Shown here: in pieces, positions 1 to 9,395 of the stretch
Layout: each line of letters starts with the position of its first letter
Numbering within the stretch: position 1 is the stretch's first letter
DNA from: a virus
Length of the DNA: 64,000 nucleotides
IMG/VR virus record: IMGVR_UViG_3300027749_000040
Span: 110,471-174,470 of that record
Reading direction: 5' to 3' (one strand)
Program-made: the position numbers and the translations under genes
The notes under the pieces: generated by a model
Seen by the model: only the letters and a program-made list of their open reading frames with translations
Told to the model about the DNA's origin: nothing
The model's database searches: none

Positions 1-1
1 A

Positions 2-262
2 CCTCATGTCGTTGACACCAAACAATTGAAGTTTGTAAAACAGCTATCAGTCAACACTAAACGCTACAAGCGCAAAGAATATTGGTTTAGTGACAGGTCT
101 AATAATCTAGTGAACATTAATATAGATACTAGTAATCCATTGATTTCATTGATGGATATGACAGTGAATAAAAATGACATTACTATTAAAGGCAAATTTA
201 AAAAATGTTCACGTGATGGTAATGAGTTTATAAAAACTGATAACAAGTTTACATTTGTGTAA
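2..262 (+). CDS. 3' end of a hypothetical protein, truncated by the window edge
   Basis: Frame is open from position 2 (PHVVDTKQLKFVKQ...) to TAA at 260-262; the track's TTG start at 26 is probably internal. Confidence 0.6.
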   Translation, partial: PHVVDTKQLKFVKQLSVNTKRYKRKEYWFSDRSNNLVNINIDTSNPLISLMDMTVNKNDITIKGKFKKCSRDGNEFIKTDNKFTFV

Positions 263-265
263 ATA
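259..265 (+). promoter_or_regulatory. T4-late-type promoter candidate (GTAAATA)
   Basis: TAAATA core 6 nt before ATG 272, no SD. Confidence 0.4.
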
Positions 266-271
266 TGATTA

Positions 272-1297
272 ATGGATCAATATCAATTAGTCTCACGCTG
301 GATACAAGGCAAGATACCCGGTAAAATACTACCCTGGCAGATAGACTTAGACACTACTAATATCTGCAATCAAGCCTGCTATTACTGTAACACCGAGCAA
401 TTCAGAAATGATATGCCGGTTTACCAGTCTGTGGAACAATATATTAAATTAATTGACAGACTACACAACTGGCGTAAGTATGACAGTAATGTCATAGGAA
501 CATTAAGTAATGTGATCTTTAGTGGTGGAGGGGAACCCACATTACTTCCTGGATATGAAGATTTATTAGAAGACGTAATTGATAAAGGTTATGTTGCCGC
601 AATGAATACTAACGGCACAAAACTACACAAGATACTGACAATTGATACAGATAAACTAAAGCAAATGGCTTATATAGGTTTAGATATTGACAGCGGGAAT
701 CCTGATACATATGAGTTAATACGCAAAAGCAAAATGTCGGATAGTCCCTTCAATAGAGTCAAAGAGACAGCAAAAGAATTAGGTAGTAAAGGTGTTCCGT
801 TAGATATAAAAGCATTACTCATGCCTGAGAATACAAGCCAATTAGAAATTAACAGTATATTTGAATATGCAAGAGATGTAAAAGCACGTGCAGTCCATTT
901 ACGCCCAATGGTATTGAATGGGCATAGTTTCATTATGAATGATGAAGTCAATACTAGAATAAAAATTGCAAGTGAGTTTTATAAAATCAATGCAGACATA
1001 TCACTTGGGAGATATGACACAAGAACATATACACGATGCCATCAGATGTTTTTGTTTCCTAATTTCTGTGCCGATGGTAACATTTATCTATGCTGTGAGT
1101 ATAAAGGCAGAGAAGATACTAAACTAGGATCTTGGATCGATGATGACTTTAGAGATATATGGTGTAGTGATAAACACAAAGAAATTTACGATAATTTTAT
1201 AACAAGTTTCTGTAAACCATGCAGACCCAATTCAACTAATAATAAAATACAAAATTCTATTAATGATTATAGTCAGGTTATTAAGGGATTTATTTAA
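272..1297 (+). CDS. Radical SAM protein with C-terminal SPASM/twitch domain
   Basis: CNQACYYC (CxxxCxxC), SGGGEP, NTNG; C-terminal C...ADGNIYLCC...CKPC. Confidence 0.9.
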   Translation: MDQYQLVSRWIQGKIPGKILPWQIDLDTTNICNQACYYCNTEQFRNDMPVYQSVEQYIKLIDRLHNWRKYDSNVIGTLSNVIFSGGGEPTLLPGYEDLLEDVIDKGYVAAMNTNGTKLHKILTIDTDKLKQMAYIGLDIDSGNPDTYELIRKSKMSDSPFNRVKETAKELGSKGVPLDIKALLMPENTSQLEINSIFEYARDVKARAVHLRPMVLNGHSFIMNDEVNTRIKIASEFYKINADISLGRYDTRTYTRCHQMFLFPNFCADGNIYLCCEYKGREDTKLGSWIDDDFRDIWCSDKHKEIYDNFITSFCKPCRPNSTNNKIQNSINDYSQVIKGFI

Positions 1298-2604
1298 ATA
1301 GATTTGTCTTTATCCTGCACAAACGTTGCATAATCTCTTAACCTATGCCAAAAGTTTTTACGCATATTATCAGGATATTGAGAAGTTAGTAAATCATGAT
1401 TATGATTAGTTATAATCATTGATTTATAGAAAAACTGTTTCTTTCTAGTATTATCCCAATTATGTATATCTTTGCAAATTTCTACTATTTTTAATAATCG
1501 TTCAGTTGGATCTTCAATATCATCATATGATTCATCCCAAAAATCACTGAATGTTTTATACCCCATATTTTTTAAATTTTCTAATGTTTTATGTGGTCCT
1601 ACTAAAATAAAGGGGTGTCGATGGACCATTGGTTTAAATATTTTTTCTGTATTAAAAATATCGTTATTTTGAAAATTGGTTTCAGTGACTATACTAATTA
1701 AACTACTTTGATAATACGGATCTATTGCACCATATAAACCAGCCATTTCAGATGCACCGACAAATTCATCTATTTGTAGTGGCAACGTTGCTTGTATAGT
1801 ATCTATATATTCCTCAGTTAATTCAAATTTAGCAATCAAATTACGATCAATTGCTTGTCTCCAAACATGATCATCATATCCTTCCCCTATAGGGAAATTA
1901 GATTTAAGACTCATTGTATAGTAAGTATCCTCTATTAACTTATTAATATGCCATAATATGAATAAGTTAATACGATGCCAACGATGCGCCCTGTTTATGC
2001 ATAAAAATGTTTTTTCTATTTTAGTAAAATCTATATTTTTTGTAAGTATGTCACGGGTAAGATTTTTATGTTCTGCCATTAATCTACTACACAACCATTC
2101 GAAATATTCTAAACAAGATATATTCATCCCTCGTTCAATTTGCTTTTTAAAACAATAATCTTTATAATATTTTTCACCGTTTACATTACCTGTTTGTAAT
2201 ATTACTTTTCTTAAAGGAATATCTTTTGTTTTTAAATATGCATGTATAGTGTCTAAAATATAATCATCTAATATAGATTCATTCCCCAAATTAAGAAATA
2301 AAAATCCATTTCTGCCTCTTATGCCATTAAATGTATGAATAGACATATTAGTTGTAGCTAATAAATCTACTTCCGGATGATTAATCCAATCATCAGGATT
2401 TAACCCAAGTGTAATTGGATATATAAAATAATCCATTTCTTTTAATAATACCGACGGTTTACATTCAAATCCACTAAGCTTATTAAAAAATTCAAATGTA
2501 CCGTTATCTCTGATTAATTCAGATAATGATTGATTAAAATTTTGATTATTAACTAATGGATAGTTGATTGCAAAATAATCAAAGGCTACTGTTATTCTAC
2601 TCAT
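1294..2604 (-). CDS. Putative glycosyltransferase-like protein (GT-B/GT10-like C-terminus)
   Basis: 436 aa; FLCINRAHRWHR and IVTET...NTEKIFKPMVHRHPFILVG...GYKTFSDFWDESYD resemble the TEK..KP nucleotide-sugar-binding region of GT10-like proteins. Function inferred. Confidence 0.55.
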   Translation of the reverse strand: MSRITVAFDYFAINYPLVNNQNFNQSLSELIRDNGTFEFFNKLSGFECKPSVLLKEMDYFIYPITLGLNPDDWINHPEVDLLATTNMSIHTFNGIRGRNGFLFLNLGNESILDDYILDTIHAYLKTKDIPLRKVILQTGNVNGEKYYKDYCFKKQIERGMNISCLEYFEWLCSRLMAEHKNLTRDILTKNIDFTKIEKTFLCINRAHRWHRINLFILWHINKLIEDTYYTMSLKSNFPIGEGYDDHVWRQAIDRNLIAKFELTEEYIDTIQATLPLQIDEFVGASEMAGLYGAIDPYYQSSLISIVTETNFQNNDIFNTEKIFKPMVHRHPFILVGPHKTLENLKNMGYKTFSDFWDESYDDIEDPTERLLKIVEICKDIHNWDNTRKKQFFYKSMIITNHNHDLLTSQYPDNMRKNFWHRLRDYATFVQDKDKSI

Positions 2605-2610
2605 AGATGA

Positions 2611-2618
2611 TATTTATG
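2611..2618 (-). promoter_or_regulatory. T4-late-type promoter (CATAAATA)
   Basis: Minus strand reads CATAAATA-tcatct-ATG(2604). Confidence 0.55.
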
Positions 2619-2632
2619 AGTGGTGGTCAAGG

Positions 2633-2661
2633 TTGACAATAATTGGACCCTGTGATACAAT
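2633..2661 (+). promoter_or_regulatory. sigma70-type early promoter P1
   Basis: TTGACA-N17-TACAAT with TGn extended -10. Confidence 0.85.
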
Positions 2662-2691
2662 AGATGCTTATTCAGTCAAAAGGAGTTGTTC

Positions 2692-2904
2692 ATGGGTTAC
2701 AAAGTTGTTGCAGACAAATATCAGATGGATCAAATGCGTACCAAATATGGTCCTCGCAACGGTCTTGAAGGTCCGTTCAATTTCTCCGGTCGAGTGTTGT
2801 ATTATGACAACAAAGAAGGTTCCTACTATGATCCTACTACCGACTTCTATGTTGAACAAAGTGAAATGGACCTAATTCATGCTCAATTAATTGCCAAAAT
2901 TTGA
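2692..2904 (+). CDS. Small hypothetical early protein
   Basis: SD AGGAG 2681-2685, ATG 2692; directly after P1. Confidence 0.8.
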   Translation: MGYKVVADKYQMDQMRTKYGPRNGLEGPFNFSGRVLYYDNKEGSYYDPTTDFYVEQSEMDLIHAQLIAKI

Positions 2905-2929
2905 CAATAAATGGGCTTTCTGCTATAAT
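2901..2929 (+). promoter_or_regulatory. sigma70-type early promoter P2
   Basis: Consensus TTGACA-N17-TATAAT with TGn; the -35 box contains the upstream TGA stop. Confidence 0.9.
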
Positions 2930-2962
2930 AGAATCTTAGACAGTAAAGAAAAGGATTACGAC

Positions 2963-3337
2963 ATGACTACAGAATTCAAATCTTGGGATGAGTTGACAGT
3001 GTTGGAACAGGCTCATGCTACATATTGGGACATGTACAAGGATGCTTACGGAGTTCGTCCCCGTGGTATCGATACCTCAACTTGGACTCTTGCAGAGTTT
3101 GAAGCTGAGTTTGTAGTCCTCGGTCAAGCTATTGAAGCTGAAGAAAAGGTCCGCAAAGAGGCACAAGCCCGCGCTATTGTGGAGTTTGAAAGCCGTGTTA
3201 CAAATCTCATGCACAACGGTACTAGCCGTGAGCGTGTTATTGCATGGTTGATGGATGCTGAAAGTGCTAACGGAGATTTTGAGTACTTTTGTTATACACA
3301 GGGCTTGCCCTATCAATATTTTCGCAAGGTAGCATAA
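2963..3337 (+). CDS. Hypothetical early protein
   Basis: SD AAAGGA then ATG 2963 (MTTEFKSWDEL); YWDMYKDAYGVRPRG motif; coiled-coil middle. Confidence 0.8.
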   Translation: MTTEFKSWDELTVLEQAHATYWDMYKDAYGVRPRGIDTSTWTLAEFEAEFVVLGQAIEAEEKVRKEAQARAIVEFESRVTNLMHNGTSRERVIAWLMDAESANGDFEYFCYTQGLPYQYFRKVA

Positions 3338-3338
3338 T

Positions 3339-3367
3339 TTGACAATAAATGGGTATTGTGCTATAAT
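3339..3367 (+). promoter_or_regulatory. sigma70-type early promoter P3
   Basis: Consensus TTGACA-N17-TATAAT with TGn. Confidence 0.9.
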
Positions 3368-3398
3368 AGAGTCTTATTCAGTCAAGTAAAGGAAACAA

Positions 3399-4403
3399 AT
3401 GACAAGCATCGTTCGCATTACTAGTGGTTCTTATCGCAATGAAACAATCAAAGGTGAAGTTTTCACACTGGTTAAAGGTTATCAACTTGGAAATAAAGGT
3501 GGTTTTGTGACAGTAAAAAATGAAGGTCAGTTCCCAGGGCGCGGCCCTCAGGTTCGTGTAAACGTTGACAATCAATCAATGATTGAATTTGTGTCAGGTC
3601 GTGATAGTGTCAAAGCAGAGACACCTAAAGAAACTGAAACAGAAGCAATGGACCGTATTGCATCACGTTTTGCAGTGCTTGATGAAATGTCTAAGGCATG
3701 TATCAGTGGTGAAATTCGTGCTATGATTGTGACAGGTCCTGCAGGTATTGGTAAGTCACACGGTGTGAACATTCAAATGGAAAAAGCAAGTATGTTTGAC
3801 AGACTTGCTAGCAAAAAGGTTCGCTTTGAAGTTGTCAAAGGTGCAATGTCAGGTATTGGCTTGTTTGCTAAGTTGTACAAATTTAGTGATGCTAAAAATG
3901 TATTGGTATTTGATGATTGTGATATCTGGGAAGATCAGGATGCATTGAACGTACTAAAAGGTGCATTGGATTCAGGCAAGACACGTAGAATTTCGTGGAA
4001 CAAAGATTCACGTATTTTGCGTGAAGAAGGTATCCCTAATAGTTTCAACTTCAACGGTTCTGTAATTTTCATTACAAACAAATCGTTTGATGCAAAGAAA
4101 GCCGGCAAAATGCAACCTCACTTGGATGCATTGCAAAGTCGTTGTCACTTTTTGGACCTGACAGTTGACAGTGAGCGTGACAAAATGTTGCGTATCAAGC
4201 AAGTGCATCGGGATGCTGATGGTGGTTTGTTTGCTGAATATGATTTCACGCAAGAACAGACAGACGAAATTATGTCGTTCATCTGGGACAATCACAATAA
4301 ATTGCGTGAAGTGTCCTTGCGTATGTGTTTGAAAGTTGCAGACTTGGTTAAGATTAGTGCTAACTGGCGCGAACTTGCTAAAGCAACTTGTATGAAAGGT
4401 TAA
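3399..4403 (+). CDS. AAA-family P-loop ATPase
   Basis: Walker A GPAGIGKS, Walker B VLVFDDCD, sensor-1 IFITN, ALQSRC arginine finger; SD AAAGGA. Confidence 0.85.
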   Translation: MTSIVRITSGSYRNETIKGEVFTLVKGYQLGNKGGFVTVKNEGQFPGRGPQVRVNVDNQSMIEFVSGRDSVKAETPKETETEAMDRIASRFAVLDEMSKACISGEIRAMIVTGPAGIGKSHGVNIQMEKASMFDRLASKKVRFEVVKGAMSGIGLFAKLYKFSDAKNVLVFDDCDIWEDQDALNVLKGALDSGKTRRISWNKDSRILREEGIPNSFNFNGSVIFITNKSFDAKKAGKMQPHLDALQSRCHFLDLTVDSERDKMLRIKQVHRDADGGLFAEYDFTQEQTDEIMSFIWDNHNKLREVSLRMCLKVADLVKISANWRELAKATCMKG

Positions 4404-4474
4404 CCCCTGCAGTGTGCGTAGAGGCAGTGTCAATAAGCCCTCTTCGATAAGTTTTTTCATAGGCTCTTTCTTTC

Positions 4475-4499
4475 GGGGAACTTAGGTTCCCCTTTTTTT
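4475..4499 (+). terminator. Rho-independent terminator
   Basis: GGGGAAC-TTAG-GTTCCCC followed by T7. Confidence 0.9.
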
Positions 4500-4509
4500 G
4501 CCTATTAAT

Positions 4510-4538
4510 TTGCTTTTTGTCTAGTGTCCTGTTATACT
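4510..4538 (+). promoter_or_regulatory. sigma70-type promoter, probably leaderless
   Basis: TTGCTT-N17-TATACT with TGn; ATG 5 nt downstream. Confidence 0.65.
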
Positions 4539-4543
4539 TAAAG

Positions 4544-5551
4544 ATGGACTTTAAAACACTACACGAGGTTGCCACTTGGATGCTTAGTAATATTCGATTG
4601 AGTAGATATGATGACCAGTTTGTAAATAATCTTACCCTTTATATTACTCAACACAATCGGATTACTAGTAATCAGGACCTTTTGTTCAGGAAGGTGGCAC
4701 GTAAATATAAACGACAATTCTCTCAATTAAAAATTGAAGTAGAAGAAATATTAAACCGAGCCTGGGATGTTCCTTTAGTAGAAAGTATTGCTGAATATAC
4801 CGGAGCTACAATCAAAATAGAGAATGACAAACTAATTCTACGTTCTCCCTTTAACAGAAACTTTTTAACAGCACTTAAAAAGAATCCTATATACACACTG
4901 CAATGGATTAAAGATAAACGGCAATATGAAGCAGAGTATAGTCACACTAATTTAAAAGAGTTATTGTATCTAACTGCGGATCATTATCCTATATTGAGTT
5001 ACTGCGAAACAGTTGCTCAAATTGTAGATAGTCTTAGCACATATGAGAATATTAAATACTGGGTTCCTACTTTAGTTTATAAGGGGCATTACTATATTGC
5101 CGCAATGAACGAGCATTTATATGGGGCAATCAAAGACATTCTCATAACAGATGATTTAAAAACAATAGCAACATTAGTTAAATATGGAGTTATGATCGAC
5201 CAATCAGTTAAGGATCATTTTTCAAAAACAGAAAACCCTGTTAAAATAATGCTTGCTATGAATTTTCAAATGGAAATAGAAATGAAAGATGCTTTAATAA
5301 CCATTAAATGGTTAGAAGAATTTGGATGTGATGCTATCAGTGAACCCAAATCATTTGTAACTAATTCTAAATTAGATATACATAATACCTCTATTAAATT
5401 TTGTAAGAATCCTAAAGACTTGAAAGATTATAATAATCCTGTTATAGTGTATCAACGAGGTCACTTTTCATTAGTAAATGAAAAGCCAATGAAATTGTTT
5501 AAAGTAATTAAATTTGTAAACTCGGAACCAATAGATTTAGGGCCTAAATGA
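4544..5551 (+). CDS. Hypothetical protein upstream of the helicase
   Basis: Long ORF; start moved to ATG 4544; overlaps the helicase start (ATGA). Confidence 0.75.
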   Translation: MDFKTLHEVATWMLSNIRLSRYDDQFVNNLTLYITQHNRITSNQDLLFRKVARKYKRQFSQLKIEVEEILNRAWDVPLVESIAEYTGATIKIENDKLILRSPFNRNFLTALKKNPIYTLQWIKDKRQYEAEYSHTNLKELLYLTADHYPILSYCETVAQIVDSLSTYENIKYWVPTLVYKGHYYIAAMNEHLYGAIKDILITDDLKTIATLVKYGVMIDQSVKDHFSKTENPVKIMLAMNFQMEIEMKDALITIKWLEEFGCDAISEPKSFVTNSKLDIHNTSIKFCKNPKDLKDYNNPVIVYQRGHFSLVNEKPMKLFKVIKFVNSEPIDLGPK

Positions 5552-7026
5552 AAGAATGTAAATTAATAATAAAAGATGAAGTCAATGTAAAGATTGAAGG
5601 TCTTGAACTTGGTGATCGCAAAACACTAATGAAGATGTTTGAGTTTGAAGTTCCGGGCGCAAGGTATCTTCCTGCAGTAAGGTTGGGTAGATGGAATGGC
5701 AAAAGCAGTTACTTTGCCTTAGGTGGTAGCACATATATTAACTTGCTCCCAGAAATTCTTCCATTACTTGACCAAGCAGGTTATGATATTGAACTAGAAG
5801 ATTCTAGAGACTATCAAACAGTATTCAGTTTCACTGAAGTGTCCGAGGCTACATTCAAACATAAGAACTGGCCTAAGGGTCATCCAATGGAGGGTCAGCC
5901 TGTTATATTGCGTGACTATCAGATTGAGATTATCAACAACTATTTAAAAAACCTACAATCATTGCAAGAGATTGCAACTGGTGCAGGTAAGACACTAATC
6001 ACAGCCGCACTATCAAATTGTATAGAACAATATGGCCGTAGTATTGTTATTGTTCCCAATACAAGTCTTGTTACTCAGACTGAGAAAGACTACATCAACT
6101 TAGGTCTAGATGTAGGTGTATATTACGGTGGACGAAAAGAGTACGACAAAACACATACAATTTGCACATGGCAAAGTCTAGGTAACATGTTGAAGAACAC
6201 TAAAGCAGGTGAAGCGGAAGTGCCATTTCAAGACTTTATTGAAGGTGTTGTATGTGTTATTGTTGATGAAGTACACCAAGCTAAAGCTGATGTTCTTAAA
6301 TCATTATTGACAGGTGTGATGAGTCAGATTCCAATTCGTTGGGGATTGACTGGAACTATCCCTAAAGCTAAACATGAATCAATGTCATTGACTGTAAGCT
6401 TGGGTCCAGTTATCAATCAATTGGCAGCAAGTACATTACAAGAGATGGGTGTGTTATCACAATGTCATGTGAACATTGTTCAGCTACAAGATGGTATGGA
6501 ATTTACAAACTATCAGAGCGAACTTAAATTCTTAACCAGTGACGATAAACGAATGCAAAAAATTGCTGAATTGTCCAGTGTTGTTAAGAATAGCGGTAAC
6601 ACACTTATACTAGTTGACAGGATCGAAGCAGGACAACTATTACATTTGAAATTAGAAGAACTAGGTGTATCGGAAGATAACGTAGTGTTTGTATCAGGCG
6701 GTACTAAAGGCACAACAAGAACCGAGCACTACGATGACATTGCTACTGCTACTAACAAGATTATCATTGCTACATATGGTGTTGCCGCAGTTGGTATCAA
6801 CATTCCTCGTATCTTTAATGTTATGCTATTAGAACCGGGTAAGAGTTTCGTTCGTGTTATTCAAAGTATCGGTCGTGGTATTCGTAAAGCAGAAGACAAA
6901 GACTTTGTACAGATTTGGGATATTACTAGTTCATGTAAATTTGCTAAAAGGCATTTGACTCAGCGTAAAGCATTTTATAAAGAGGCTTCATACCCGTTTG
7001 ATGTTGAAAAATTGAAATATAAATGA
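5548..7026 (+). CDS. uvsW: UvsW-like superfamily 2 DNA helicase
   Basis: LRDYQ, ATGAGKT, DEVH, GLTGT, motif VI IQSIGRGIR. Confidence 0.85.
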   Translation: MKECKLIIKDEVNVKIEGLELGDRKTLMKMFEFEVPGARYLPAVRLGRWNGKSSYFALGGSTYINLLPEILPLLDQAGYDIELEDSRDYQTVFSFTEVSEATFKHKNWPKGHPMEGQPVILRDYQIEIINNYLKNLQSLQEIATGAGKTLITAALSNCIEQYGRSIVIVPNTSLVTQTEKDYINLGLDVGVYYGGRKEYDKTHTICTWQSLGNMLKNTKAGEAEVPFQDFIEGVVCVIVDEVHQAKADVLKSLLTGVMSQIPIRWGLTGTIPKAKHESMSLTVSLGPVINQLAASTLQEMGVLSQCHVNIVQLQDGMEFTNYQSELKFLTSDDKRMQKIAELSSVVKNSGNTLILVDRIEAGQLLHLKLEELGVSEDNVVFVSGGTKGTTRTEHYDDIATATNKIIIATYGVAAVGINIPRIFNVMLLEPGKSFVRVIQSIGRGIRKAEDKDFVQIWDITSSCKFAKRHLTQRKAFYKEASYPFDVEKLKYK

Positions 7027-7032
7027 TACAAT
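7004..7032 (+). promoter_or_regulatory. sigma70-type promoter, probably leaderless
   Basis: TTGAAA-N17-TACAAT with TGn; ATG 7039 is 6 nt downstream. Confidence 0.6.
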
Positions 7033-7038
7033 AACAAA

Positions 7039-7539
7039 ATGCGTATATTAACACTAGACAACGAATTCTATAACTTAGAAACACTCCCCGAAGAAATTGA
7101 TGACTTGAGGTTTGCTATCTTAGACAATAGCAATCCAAGCAATGTAGATTATCATTACATCCCATTAATCTTTTTAGAAAGTTTCAATAGCCCTGCACTT
7201 GTATTAAAAATAGGTAACAGTACAATTAAGATGCCTATTGATTGGCAAATATTAATTGGAGAACAAGAACACGGTGACTTAGAAACATTACCATTAACAA
7301 GTATCAATGACAGGGGATTCAATTCATTTGAGTTCAATCCATTGACTAGCTTTAGTCCCACATTCTTGCCTATTGAGATTGTAGACATTTATCATGATGT
7401 AACATGGTATGCCCCTCGATTAAAGAACGGTCAATTCTTGTGTGTACCATTAGAAGATGGTCCTAAACCTAGATGTGTTTATTTTGTAAAAGAAATTAGT
7501 CGTAATTGTGAAATTGTAGATTATAGTCAGGCGTTTTAA
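7039..7539 (+). CDS. Hypothetical protein, possible degenerate Hint-fold domain
   Basis: 166-aa ORF with a beta-rich pattern resembling intein blocks but lacking catalytic residues. Confidence 0.6.
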   Translation: MRILTLDNEFYNLETLPEEIDDLRFAILDNSNPSNVDYHYIPLIFLESFNSPALVLKIGNSTIKMPIDWQILIGEQEHGDLETLPLTSINDRGFNSFEFNPLTSFSPTFLPIEIVDIYHDVTWYAPRLKNGQFLCVPLEDGPKPRCVYFVKEISRNCEIVDYSQAF

Positions 7540-7540
7540 T

Positions 7541-7936
7541 ATGTTAGATTGTTTAATTTTAGGCGATAGTATCGCGGTTGGTATAGCACAATATCGCCCT
7601 GAATGTCAAGTCATTGCTAAGGTAGGCATCAATAGTAAAAATTGGGTGAATAAAAACATCACCAAAGAATTGTCAGCAGACACAGTAATCATTAGTTTAG
7701 GTAGTAACGATTATAAAAAGATAAACACATTAAAAGAATTGTTTACAGTTCGTCAAGTGGTTAGTGCTAAACGTGTATACTGGATTGTCCCTGCTATTAA
7801 ACCTGAGATACAAGAAATGGTTGACATTGTAGCAGACAAATTTGAGGATAAAGTTATACACATTAACAAAGTATCCAGCGACGGAGTACATCCAACAACT
7901 GCTGAATACAAAAGAATGGCCGGGGCAACAAAGTGA
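7541..7936 (+). CDS. SGNH/GDSL hydrolase
   Basis: Blocks GDSI, G, LGSND and DGVHP. Confidence 0.85.
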   Translation: MLDCLILGDSIAVGIAQYRPECQVIAKVGINSKNWVNKNITKELSADTVIISLGSNDYKKINTLKELFTVRQVVSAKRVYWIVPAIKPEIQEMVDIVADKFEDKVIHINKVSSDGVHPTTAEYKRMAGATK

Positions 7937-8538
7937 TGGCAACTAAAAAAGCTAAAGCAACTATCCCTGCAGATGAAAAACTAGAGAACCAAGACTTTCC
8001 GTTGTTTGATGCACTATTAGCACTAGACAAAAAAGACTATGGTTACTATGACAGACTTTCAGAAGCACAACAAAAGAAGTTTGTACCCTTCATGCTTATC
8101 AAGTATCTAAGTTATATCAAGGGTTCAGGTGAGATTGCAGGATATTATTTGCGTAGTACAGATTATCATGCAAATAAATATTTCTTCAATGAAAATATAA
8201 TGAAGAATCCTAAACTACAATGGTTAATGTTATGTGCAGCCAGCCCGGGATTAGGAAAACATTTCCATCCCTGGATGCCTCAAATCAAAGAGAAGGTTAG
8301 TAGTCTAAAAGAAAATGCTGTATTGAAAGATGTGAAAGACTATTACACTAAGGTCTATCCCAAAGCAGACGGTGGTACAATCACAGAGATATCAAAAGTA
8401 TTTGTAGTAGAACAAAAGAAGAAGGTACATCTGGCAAGTGTATATCCAGACATGAAAATAGCAGACATTGAAGTGTTAAGTCAAACGGTAACAGATGAAG
8501 AAATTGAACAGTATGAAAGAGATAGAGGCAATCGGTAA
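7936..8538 (+). CDS. Clamp loader small subunit (T4 gp62-like)
   Basis: KKFVPFMLIKYLS...ANKY...KLQWLML...KHFHPW pattern resembles the gp62 family. Confidence 0.6.
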   Translation: MATKKAKATIPADEKLENQDFPLFDALLALDKKDYGYYDRLSEAQQKKFVPFMLIKYLSYIKGSGEIAGYYLRSTDYHANKYFFNENIMKNPKLQWLMLCAASPGLGKHFHPWMPQIKEKVSSLKENAVLKDVKDYYTKVYPKADGGTITEISKVFVVEQKKKVHLASVYPDMKIADIEVLSQTVTDEEIEQYERDRGNR

Positions 8539-9214
8539 GCTTAAATTTAAGTGTGAATTTTGCACAGGTGAGTATTTGCGTGAATCTACGTTACTCACCC
8601 ACATGTGTGAATCTAAGCGCAGGTGGATGAATAAGGACTTGCAAGGTAATCGCATTGCATATCAAGCCTTCGTTCAGTTTTATAAAAAGAATAGTTCAAG
8701 TAAAAAGACAAAGACTTACGAAGAATTTATTAAAAGTCCATACTATACAGCATTTGTAAAGTTCGGCAATCATTGCGTAGATATTAATGCATTAAATGTT
8801 AGCAGATATGCTGATTGGTTAGTTAAAAGTCAAATTAGAATTGACACATGGTGTACTGACACAAACTACACTAACTATCTACTTGAGTATATTCGTACAG
8901 AAGATCCATTAGATGCTATTCATCGTAGTATTGAAACAACAATGTCATTGGCAGAAATTGAAAAGATTCAAAGCAGAGATTATTTGCGTTATGGTAATGT
9001 CAATAGAATCTGTTTAGAGATTACTAGAGGCAGAATCAGTCCCTGGATGTTGTTTCATAGTGAGAGTGGTGTAAAGTTTGTAGAATCACTGGAACACGGC
9101 CATGTTAAAATGGTGTTTGATTATATTGATCCTGAGAAGTGGGCACTAAAGTTTCATCGTGAGCCGGAGAATGTAAAACAAGTTAAGGAATTACTAAATG
9201 CCGGCGGGTACTAG
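8513..9214 (+). CDS. Hypothetical protein with N-terminal zinc finger
   Basis: CEFC-x12-HMC; start uncertain (8495 or 8513). Confidence 0.7.
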   Translation: MKEIEAIGKLKFKCEFCTGEYLRESTLLTHMCESKRRWMNKDLQGNRIAYQAFVQFYKKNSSSKKTKTYEEFIKSPYYTAFVKFGNHCVDINALNVSRYADWLVKSQIRIDTWCTDTNYTNYLLEYIRTEDPLDAIHRSIETTMSLAEIEKIQSRDYLRYGNVNRICLEITRGRISPWMLFHSESGVKFVESLEHGHVKMVFDYIDPEKWALKFHREPENVKQVKELLNAGGY

Positions 9215-9395
9215 GGTTCGTATACCTTGGCAGAAGGGTAATACTATTAATAATTGGGATGAAACTTGTATCTGGGCAATGGAACAATTTGGTTTACCGG
9301 GTGATAAATTTACTACACATGCTACTGAGGACTATATGGACTTTTATTTTGATAATGAACATGATGCTATTCATTTTAGTTTGAGGTGGTTATGA
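9198..9395 (+). CDS. Small protein, FxxExDAxxFxLxW family
   Basis: C-terminus DFYFDNEHDAIHFSLRWL; SD AAGGA. Confidence 0.7.
   Translation: MPAGTRVRIPWQKGNTINNWDETCIWAMEQFGLPGDKFTTHATEDYMDFYFDNEHDAIHFSLRWL

Noticed and set aside
2633-3367. Regularly recurring element as a CRISPR array
   Set aside because: Copies are degenerate, 270-440 bp apart, separated by ORFs, and match sigma70 promoters.
4008-4575. Minus-strand ORFs 4008-4460 and 4378-4575; also 41433-41960 and 28773-29192
   Set aside because: They overlap well-supported genes or terminators on the opposite strand and have no recognisable motifs.
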